From contig RDEW01000005.1 in assembly GCA_011109175.1 (NCBI GenBank), forward strand, positions 1,174,657 through 1,238,656: a stretch of 64,000 nucleotides of DNA, given 5' to 3'. Shown one piece after another: positions 54,366-64,000 of the stretch (positions are counted from its first letter, which is position 1; each line of letters opens with the position of its first letter). The DNA is from Dicyema japonicum. Taxonomy: Eukaryota; Animalia; Dicyemida. The notes beneath the pieces were generated by a model that saw only the letters and a list, made by a program, of their open reading frames with translations, ran no database searches and was not told the origin of the DNA. Made by a program: the position numbers and the translations under genes.

Positions 54366-57300
54366 ATGGAACCCCTCGATGTAACGAAGATTTTGGACAA
54401 AACAAACTCAGTAACAGAAGATTCTGATTCATTTTCCATTCCAAACAGCTCTGCTGACCTCCTTGTGGACAATCGTCATGTCATGACTGTTCTTTCAGTT
54501 TACCAAATTCTTATGCGCTTCTGGAAGACACTTCGCTTGTCTCCCTTCAGAGTGGAGACGTTCTGTGCAGCTCTGATTTCAGAGGAAAACACCTGTCTTT
54601 TGTCTGACGTTTTCCTGTCCCTCATGAAAGCGATAGTAAAGGAAGATGAACTGAGTGGAATATTGCTGGGTTCTCCTGACGTCTATCATAACTACATGGT
54701 TTACTTTTGTCTCCTTGACTCTCTCACAATATCTGAGGTGATCCGGTTATACCTCGATGGCATTCCCATTACTGAATTGGGGTCAAAAGATATGCTTAAA
54801 CCTCTTTCCACCCCTGCCGCTCCTTTTTTGGACATTGATTCCAATTTACAGCTCTTACAAATTCTCACTGATCAATTCATAGCAACGAATGCCAGAAACC
54901 AAGTTATGTCTTCCACAGAACTCGACCACGAGGATTTTTGCAGATCTTGTGGAAAGTAAACCTAATGTTATATTGTAGAATTGGTGAACTCATTTGTTGC
55001 GATCGTTGCACGAGTGTGATGCATTACGAGTGTATTCCCACTGTAAATCAACCTAAAAACGAACGAGTGTGGATTTGTAGTATTTGTCAGCAACATAATG
55101 TTAAATCTGTGATTATTGTAGGTCCGTGGTGTGATGGACTGTATGCCACAATTTGAGGGTCCTCAGGGATATTCTCGACTGTCTTGTTTTGGAAGCGACC
55201 GCACTGGAAGAAAGTTTTATTTAATGGCGAGAAGAGTTGTTGGGTTGTGAATGTACTAATTTGTAGTATTTCTTGTGATGGTAATCAATGTTGGTATTAT
55301 TCTTCTGTTAATCAACTGAATCGACTCATTTCTTCCTTTGACGGTTCTATTCCCCGTGAAAAGACACTAATTGATAACTTTGAGGAGTCAAAACCTGAGA
55401 TTATTCGTCAAATGCAGATCACAGAGTCATTAACAGAGTCTGGTAGAGGGAATTTAATGTCATACTTTGGGTGGGAAGGTATTGATTTACGTTTATTTAA
55501 GAACAACAATTGGAGGACGTAAAAGTGGATTTGACTGTAATTGTAAGTATTTATTCAAGGATGAACAAATTCAAATTGAATCCTTATATGTGATTGGAAA
55601 GGACGATGACTATAAGAGATATATCAACCACTTTTGTGTTGAGGAAAACCATTCATTGAGTAAGAAACAAAAGGAGGATGAAAAAAACAAGAAACGGTCA
55701 ATACTGGGTAGATTTGGACAGTCTCCTGATTTTAAATGGTTTGGAAGTATTCATGGATCCTATAAGCATGTAATAACAGCAATTCGTGCTTCGTAAGTGA
55801 ATATTATAATTGAAGTCTTATCCAATTTGAGAGTATGATATCCCCTGCCTTTATGTTTTCTAATTGGTCACTATTTAAGCACAATTGGGTTAAGGCATTA
55901 CAGAGATGTGAAACACATATTCAATTTGCTATGGCAATGTCTGTTCTTTATTTGTATATCAATCCCATCGTATTTTGCAGTCAGTGGACTGATAGTTGTG
56001 GTTTGTGGTTTTATTTATACAAGCTGCTCTTTGGCTTAATAAAGTCATGCCTTCTGATGTGGAAGAGAGAAAGATCTTTGAGAGGGATCTGTTTGTTAAG
56101 AAGGACGATGAAACCAATGACTTTTCCTTAGCAAAGTTTTCTAGACCATTTGCCCACAAAGTACAGTTACTACTAAAGCTAGATTGCCAAACAAAGAGGA
56201 GAGGAGTATAGAACATATTTTGTACAAGGATGGTTATGGGTTGCAATTACAAAGATGAGTCGCATGTCTCCATCTAATTATCTTGGTCTGGCCATGGTTT
56301 CTACTAAGATTAGAGAACTTGTCTACGAATTTAGAGTACAATGTTTATTATATGTGAGAATTGTGGTAATGAAGGGGACAATGTGTCAGAAACTGTAATT
56401 AATGAAATGACTCGTTCACAGTCTCACCCTCATGTAGTCCTACCTGTTCTAGATATATCTGGGGGATTACTTGAACATACCATTTACTCACATTGGAATA
56501 TAACTGAATCAAAGTTTGTTTTGTTAGTATTCCAGACTTGATACTCTATTGGAAAAGAGACTACAGACTGTGGATGAAAAGAGAAATGCAGTCATAAAAG
56601 TAATTCAGTCACTGGGAGTGTCATCAATTAATGAAATACAGGAAATATCTTTAACAGACATTGAAGATTCAGTTAGGCAAGACTTGTTCAGTTTCTGTGA
56701 TTACTATGACCAATCATCATTACGTAACACTCCATTCATGACAGGAGTCTATAATGTAATGATTGTGTTATAACATAGACTATTTTGTCATGGTTCCCTG
56801 ATGTTAGTCGTTCTAAACACTTACTAATGACACTGTTGGAGATGTTGATCAACAATTGGTGACTGTTCATAAGTTTTCTACAGCTTCTGAGAAACGTAGT
56901 ATTTTTGTTCTCCCAAAGGAGGAACAGTTAAAGTATATGTTATTATAAATTTTTAGAATTTGTCGTCAAGGTGGATTATTTTCTGTGAAAAACTTCAAAT
57001 ACGACCAAAGAGTATCTTCTTTATTTTGGCCTATTCCATTCGCACGCCCATCGTTGGGAATTGGTTGGACCTACAGAACACAAACAGTTTGTTCGATATC
57101 AGCATTCACATTGCAATTAAAGATGTTGTTTAATTGTCTAAAGTAAGTGTATATATGATGGTTAGATGGAGTCAGATGAATGAGACACCAACAGCCAATG
57201 GAAGATATGTGAATGTGGTTGATAACGGAACCTTCACTACGGAGATTCTTGACAGTCGACCTGAGGCTGGAAAATCTAGCAAAGAACAGAAGGTTGAGTA

Positions 57301-59420
57301 CTTAATCCATAAAGTATTCCAGCCAACATATACAGGTTGAATTAATGTAGTATTATAGACGATTATATGAGAATGGATAACTCATTCAAATTTAGACAAA
57401 GACATGAAGGGCAAAGAATGGATGAACCATATGAAGTACACGAGTGGGTTAGAGAAGAGTCTGTTCAATTATGGCAGATTGTACTCTTTCATGAAAAGTA
57501 TTAAAATATGGTCATTTAGATTGCAAAACAAAAATATAGAACAAAAGTCAATAGAATCTAAACAGAAAATACAGGTTATGAAGAGTAAGGACAGAATCGC
57601 TGAAGTTAGGGGGTTGAAAGCTGGTAATGTGACTATTAATGTAAAGGACAACAACTCGTGGAAGGACCAGATGGAAGATTTCAATTAGTGACCCAAAACC
57701 GACCAGAATTGTATGCCCCTGCATATGAGCCAGGAATGACAGCATCTGTATATTTATTGTTAATGATTTAAACAGAGAACCAGTAAAATATGTTTTGAAT
57801 CGGGATCTTATAGTGGATCATACTCTGTAACTTTAATATAAATAATTAGTCGACTCGTCAAGTGAGGAATGCTAATAAATTGATTCGTAATATGGAAGAG
57901 TATGAAATGACTCCACAAAATAAGTCAATCCAAATGGGTTATTGCTATTATTATTTTAGCTGTTAAACAATATACTCGTAATCAGGATGATCCTGAAGTT
58001 AAACATAGACTATACCAGTACTTTAAGACTGATCCTGATACTGTCAAATTTTTTATGCACCAGTACGAATTGAGTATGCGGGACAGTGAAATTGGGGATG
58101 ATGACCCCACTATGATGAATTTAGAGTCAAGTATGCTTAGTTCTTCTGAGGATATCCAGGGTCACCAACTGTATGATACTAAATATATTTTAGTCGACAA
58201 ACTTGTTGTAATGTTATGAAGATGATGTTGGAAAAGGTGGAAAGACATGAAAAGAATAGTCGTCGTAGAGTCACACAGGCTGAAAGTTCAACTGTTAGAC
58301 AAAAGAAGATTATTAATCAACGAATAATGAGCCAACTTCACAAACAGAAGGAAAGTCTAAAGAGATCAATTATACGAAAACGGACAATGACTGAACAGTC
58401 GATTCGAAGGGAAGTAAAGTCTGAAGTACAAAGAGCCTTGGATTCATCTTCTACAACTAAGAGTAAACAAGACAGAAAGGATATCAAGTCAAACGATAGA
58501 TCAACTGGAGGTCGTCGGACTTCTCCTGGTAATGAAGGATCAAAGAAGGCAATCCAAGGGGATGTTTACTGTGTGTGTCGTACTCCATATGACAACACAA
58601 AGTTTATATTCGTATTATTATAGATTTTACATTGGATGTGATAAATGTAAGAATTGGTTTCACGGTGCTTGTGTTAATCTCACGGAGGAAGAGGCAGAAA
58701 AAATTGAGTCTTACATTTGTGATGAATGCAATGGGAGAGAACCCAGGAAACCTCCGGCCCCACCAGCAAAACGAACTAAACGACAAGTCAAAGAGGAATT
58801 GAAGGAACCACAAAGAACAATTTCTAGGAAGAGACGAGCACGTGAAAACCGACTGTATTGCATGTGCAGGAAACCCTTTGATTATCGGTACCCAATTGTT
58901 ATATTCTAGTGACTATATTCCTTGTGATACTTGTGAAGAGTGGTTTCACTTTGAGTGTATTGGTATATCAAAGGGAGATGCTGCTATGCTAAAGTCGTAC
59001 AACTGTGTCCCCTGTAGAACTAAAAATGAAACTGACGTGGGATTACCCCACAAGACTATATTTACTTCAGAACATAATTTAATGTTAGCTACTTTTGTAG
59101 GGGAAATTAAACTTCACAAGATGTCTTGGCCTTTTATTGAACCAGTCTCAAAGTCAGAGTTTCCTGATTACTATGAGATTATATCAGATCCCATTGGTTG
59201 TGATAGTTAATTACTTGTAGATTTGTCAGTTGTTGAGGAAAGGGCAAACAATTCACATTATAGCTATATTGATGAGTTTACTGGAGACCTAAATCTTGTA
59301 TTTGTAAATTGTCGGACTTACCATCAACCCAACTCTGTCTTTTACAGGTGTGCTGAAAATTTAGAGTCATTTGTTTTTAATAAGCTGAAGAGTCTTGTTA
59401 AAAAATTATTTAGAATTTGA
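54366..59420 (+). CDS. BPTF: BPTF/NURF301 chromatin-remodelling subunit (DDT, PHD, WHIM/WSD region, two PHDs, bromodomain) with many introns of about 22-25 nt
   Basis: LSVYQILMRFWKTLRLSPFRVETFCAAL (DDT); HEDFCRSCGK|IGELICCDRC; AHK|IAKQRGEEYR; VYCVCRTPYDNTK|FYIGCDKCKNWFHG; SWPFIEPV..FPDYYEIISDPI|DL; middle exons not fully resolved. Confidence 0.92.
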
Positions 59421-59458
59421 TTTATGTAATTAATTTCTTCTGTTAAATAAAGTCTTTG

Positions 59459-59818
59459 TTAGCGACAATACGGATAGTATAAACAACATTCTTTACTGCA
59501 CGTTTTTCTTTTCATTTTCATTAAAATCTCCAAAGCCCATGCCTCTGCTTTTAATTGACGGATGTTTTCTATTACATCACTGTTGGATCCACCGTCGGCA
59601 CAATATGATGATTCGATTGAGTTTAGTTCCATCATTATTGGTGATGTTCCATCCACTTCCTCATCCAATAGTAAATAGGCCTCTTTCAAATGATTGAGTG
59701 CTTCTAACCACTTTTCTTGTTTTGTATTTTCCTCTTTTATTTGAGACTTTCTTTTTCCGAACAGACTCTTGCCGCTGTTTGGTCTCTTTTCAGTTTTTGC
59801 TGAAAGATTTGACGACAT
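59459..59818 (-). CDS. Intronless orphan ORF, 119 aa, convergent with BPTF
   Basis: ATG-initiated open frame with an AT-rich upstream flank; a paralogous fragment with codon-preserving changes at 60797-60843. Confidence 0.5.
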   Translation of the reverse strand: MSSNLSAKTEKRPNSGKSLFGKRKSQIKEENTKQEKWLEALNHLKEAYLLLDEEVDGTSPIMMELNSIESSYCADGGSNSDVIENIRQLKAEAWALEILMKMKRKTCSKECCLYYPYCR

Positions 59819-60045
59819 ATAAAGTCACGATTCACAGTAAACAATTTTTATTGTTAAATTTTATATATTTCGTCATTTAAACGATCTACGTAAATTATAA
59901 ATGTACTTTACTGTATTTCGTAAGTAATCAATTTTTATAGAACTTTAATCTTGTGGGCATTAGAGAAAAGTCCTTATAAGTTAATATTTTCAATATAAGT
60001 GGTTACTTTTTTAAGCACTTCATTTATCAACAATAATAAGACACA

Positions 60046-60299
60046 GTGTGACGGGCTTAAGGTCGCTAGTTCGAATCCCGATACTGTACATTCGGTTGAA
60101 GGTTCCACGCATCTACTTTGGCTTGACGAGTGACGCCGTCATCAGTGAACACTTCACTGCGGAACCGGATCGTCTGTAAAGGACATACACGCAAGAAAAA
60201 GAAAAGTGAAGAGCATTCCTTGGTTCTCCCTCTACGATTAGTTATAATAACTTCTCTTTACTTAAATAAAGTATGTGTTCTGCTTAAGCGGAGCTGACA
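60046..60299 (+). repeat. Family B, most complete copy (tRNA B-box head, structured core, AATAAA); SINE or solo-LTR-like
   Basis: TGTGACGGG...GTTCGAATCCC...core...AATAAA...CTGACA|TGG. Confidence 0.7.
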
Positions 60300-60519
60300 T
60301 GGCTCTGCGGAAAGTGCGATAGTGCATATTTCAGGGCAATATTATTATTTTTTCTCAAGGAACTAGGTCATCTGGCTGAACTCATAAGCCGTCCATTAAA
60401 TCCTGTGGCTCCTCCAGTTGATCTCCGTTACTATCATGAGAGGCAGCTGGAAAGCCATCAAGTTTCACATTCGTCGTGGCTTTTTGGTGTAGCTAGTTGT
60501 CCAAGTTTTTTTAAGAAAC

Positions 60520-60790
60520 GAACCATTTCTTATTTATTTCTCAGTTGTCTCAACAACAATGGGGTAGAACGTGAATCGATAGCGTAGCGCTTGGTATTCT
60601 TTCTCCTTTGCCCTCATTGTTCTTTCCGCGGCATACATAGTGTCTACCGAGCTCCCGACAATGTTGGATGGGCAAAGGGGTCGACGCACGTAGCATTCCA
60701 TGTCAAAGGTTTCCCTTCCTCGAATGGAAAAAATTGTGTTTCCGTCAGGCCGTTTTTCGTCTCCTCCGTCCAAGCCAACAGGTTCAATTA
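60520..60790 (-). mobile_element. CRE-like endonuclease fragment
   Basis: DGGDEKRPDG..FYPIVVETT. Confidence 0.75.
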
Positions 60791-60899
60791 TGGAGGGGAA
60801 CTAAACTCAATCGAATCACATTGTGTAAACGGGGGATCCAACAAATATTAACCAAAACACACATCATTATTTTATAATTAAATTATTAATTACAATTTC

Positions 60900-61506
60900 C
60901 ATTTAGAAAACTGGTGACCTGTAAAAAGCTAAAACAGGACGCTCACAGAGATCCACCACTTTCACGTGGTGGTCTAAAGCAAGTAAAGAGATCTTGAATA
61001 ACTTTTCCTGGTAGAGTTGGAAGATCACAATTCTTTTTCATTGAGAGAGAGAACGGCTAGATATTTTTTTTGGGTGCGGCAGATTTCGATTTATTTAAGA
61101 TAGTCCCTCGTTCTTAAATTTCTCACTTAACTTTTTGGAATGCTGAATAGTTTTGAAATTTGTTTATAAATATTTATCGTAGTGTGCCTCCACAACCATC
61201 TGTTTTAGCCCAAAAGAATATTAATTTTGTTTTCCAATAAAATAGTGTAAAAGGTCATTTTTAATATTAATTCGTTATTGGGCGACTTCTAACCTAAAAA
61301 TTCATAAACTAATTGAAATAATTGACATTATGCACTTTAAAAGGTGATTTTGACCTTCTAATTACGACTAAATTCAATGTACTTTTTCAGAAGATTCGTC
61401 CATCATTTTAGCATAAATACAAAAAGTAATTGATGGATCTTCGACGAAAAAAGCAAACACAAATAAGTGACACAAGAGGTGCCAACATTTTTTGAGGCAA
61501 CTGTAT
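60900..61506 (-). mobile_element. Tc1/mariner 5' fragment
   Basis: Terminus TA|CAGTTGCCTCAAAAAATGTTGGCAC; decayed paired-like HTH (VVEAH..YKQISKLFSIPK..KFKNEG..APKKISSR). Confidence 0.6.
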
Positions 61507-62459
61507 TTGATGGCCTTATTAGAGAGAATCACATGAGAAGTGCGGTCAATGGATTTTCAGGTCGATTGAGGCCAGAACAGTACTTTCGAGAGGCTTAGAA
61601 TTGTTGGAACCGTCGGCAACAAATTGCTTCAAGGTTGAGAGGTCGTTAAGAGACAAAAGTCATATTGTGATTTGTAAAAATTAAGGTGGCAGGGAATCAG
61701 AATTATTTTTCAAAGACCTGAATAAGGTAAATTGTTTTGTAAAAGAACAGGAATCCTTATTGCTTTTGAATGCAGAGATAATAATCGAATTCTTCCATTA
61801 TTATTAAAAGCACTTTCACAAAACCAAAGAACGTTATATTAACTTAGGTCCCGTTTGTGCCACACGTTTCATAATCTGCTTCACTAGGCATTCCATCGCC
61901 CTCTGCTTTGCACATCTGTCCTTAGATCTTCTGCAGATTTAAGTTTTCTCGATAACATATATAACATTATTAAATCGTAAATGGCCTTGAGAGCCCAGAG
62001 TCCGTTAGATCTGAAGTGTTTCAAGTGGTGGATTATTGGCAGAAGAGTTGTAAGTCGTGGATAAGAGTTAAACGTGAACTTATGTGACCATGAGAAAAAT
62101 CGGAATTTGTTTGACATGAACACATTTGAAGAATCTAAAGGAAAAATATGGATACAGTTTTTATGAGAAAAAATACATATTCAGAAAAACAAAGTCTTTG
62201 GTACCTATCAGACTTGTGGAAGACATGCAGGTTTGCCACAAAAAGCGATCTTTCTCAAAAGACGGTAAGCCTCAAATCACTATCCTTTAGACGAGGCAGT
62301 GAAGGTTACAGCTGATTTAGGAGGATGGGATCATTTAATTAGTTGGTTTAACCTTTCATTCTTGGTGGTTCCGGTAAAACTTTGTTATGCAACAGTAAAC
62401 GAGCTATAAAAGCTCCTATAATTCCAACTTGACACTCGAATACTGGTAATCAGTCCATT

Positions 62460-62640
62460 AGTTAAAGCACATCCGCGTTACCAGTTTCATTGTTTATGGT
62501 TTCGCTTGTGTCATGTTTTTCGATTACCCTTTCCGTCAGTCTTCTCCATCCTTTTCGCTGTTGTGCTCGTTTCCTGATTTCGTCCAGATCGTCTGCATCC
62601 ATCAGTCGGCCCCCTATCACTGCGTAATCCTCCGCAAGAC
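62460..62640 (-). mobile_element. RTE 3' end (same family as 385-560)
   Basis: DYAVIGGRLMDADDLD; high nucleotide similarity to 385-560. Confidence 0.8.
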
Positions 62641-62838
62641 TTTGAGCGAACATTTACTCAAAATTGTTTTCTCCATAATAACGTCAGTTTTTTGGTTGAG
62701 GTGGTGACGTGCCTCTCTAACTATGTCTCAAACATGTTTTATTCGATCGCCTTTTACTGTCAGTCCATTACAACGGAATAAAATACAAAACAATAAAATT
62801 ATTTTTTAAAAATCTATTCAAGTCCCCTCAAAAAATAT

Positions 62839-63327
62839 TTATTCAATGTCATTATCTATCCCCCGCCATCTTTTCATATAATTTTTGCAATCAAACACAG
62901 ATTTTCCCAAAATTTTATTAACAGAATTATGAAAATCGCACATCCATCGACAAAGTAAACTTTTGCTTTCGACAGGGGAGGATTCTGGAGGACACTTGAA
63001 TTTAAATTTTAACCAAACCGATCGATAAAATGTGGTCGACAGCGCATACAAGGATAGAGGTTAGAAAGAGAGGTTATAAAGGCTTGAAAATTATTCTTAG
63101 TCTCATCCGACGGTTTTTCGGGATAATAAGCACAAATTGTATGCAACAATGTCCACGTAGAACGTCCTAGTTCTGCAGAATCAGGGGGGTTTCGATGGGA
63201 GTTCACATATTCTGAGGTTTTCTGTCAAGTTAAATCTTCAAAGTACTTTGAACTTTGTGAACTCAGAGTATTCGTTACATATGGGGTCTTTGCAGTTTTC
63301 ATCTTTAAACTGAAAACCATTTGTCAT
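62839..63327 (-). CDS. GFER: FAD-linked sulfhydryl oxidase ERV1/ALR; intron 63222-63246 and a second intron near 62985-63020
   Basis: PPDSAELGRSTWTLLHT..YPEKP..LYPCMRC..WMCDFHNSVNKILGKSVFDC..RWR. Confidence 0.92.
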
Positions 63328-63494
63328 TTATAAAGACCACAAGACTTAAAATTAAATATATATTTTGAATTAATAAAAATTAAAACAAGGAAATTTATTT
63401 AACTATTGAGAGGTTAACTTTTCAGAGGAACAGTTCCCCAGCCGGAATCACGTGATTAGTTAGTATGGAGATCTTTTGAGATCTTGCAAACGTT

Positions 63495-64000
63495 GTTTTT
63501 AAATTGACTGTCCGTCTTCCCAGTCTCTTTTCTGATGTGAAGAGAGTTGTGACGGACTTTCATTGCTGGTCGACAGCCGGTTCTTTACTAACCATTCGTT
63601 AAGATGGTCCAGGTTTTGTAGCAATCTGGATGTCTTGATCACGTGAAGCCATGACGATGTCGTCAGCATAAGTAAGAATATCATTTTCGACTTCCGATGT
63701 AAGGAGTTAGCCAATGATAAAGGGGATCCATGGGGAACACCATTCGGAAGAAGTCGGGAAATTGACAGTCCAATGCTAACACATCTTCTCCGACCGCTAA
63801 GGAGGTTTGTTACCAGAGTTTAAGATTTTCATGGAATCTTCCTTGACACAGAATCGAAAGCTTTATGGACGTCAATGGAGCAAAGTACAGTCTTCAGGTT
63901 TCGTGGCATGTGCAAAAAACCATACCGTATAGTCAAGACTGATAAGTAGGTAGAAATAAACCTCTCATTTTTAAAAGCATTTTGAAATGACAAGTAACAT
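63495..64000 (-). mobile_element. Ingi/Vingi-like RT fragment
   Basis: KTVLCSIDVHKAFDSV, GVPHGSP, TYADDIV. Confidence 0.8.

Overview
Eukaryotic, AT-rich animal genomic DNA. Roughly three-quarters of the window is decayed, nested transposons: Ingi/Vingi-like, RTE/BovB-like, R4/Dong-like and CRE-like non-LTR retrotransposons, plus hAT, Tc1 and a complete Ginger-type DNA transposon. Between them sit compact host genes broken by ultra-short 20-29 nt spliceosomal introns: Sp17/RIIa-domain protein, two actins, a group-B bHLH factor, CKS1, COX5A, a tektin, BPTF/NURF301, ERV1/ALR and one intronless orphan. The bHLH and COX5A genes are absent from the ORF track and were read by hand. Tiny introns plus ciliary and metazoan genes fit a dicyemid mesozoan (cephalopod kidney symbiont); this is an inference. 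Main points of interest: (1) a micro-intron regime with NAG acceptors and no TE in any intron; (2) a TSD-flanked Ginger transposon whose integrase carries host-sized 23-26 nt introns, one predicted GC-AG; (3) an Ingi/Vingi-like LINE system with a shared 5' signature, a 2A-like StopGo motif, a covarying 3' stem-loop and a ~310-bp non-autonomous partner; (4) two actin genes identical even in introns, with diverged promoters that keep only TATA-N14-CArG; (5) active-site oddities in BPTF and ERV1. All calls were made by eye, and TE boundaries are approximate.
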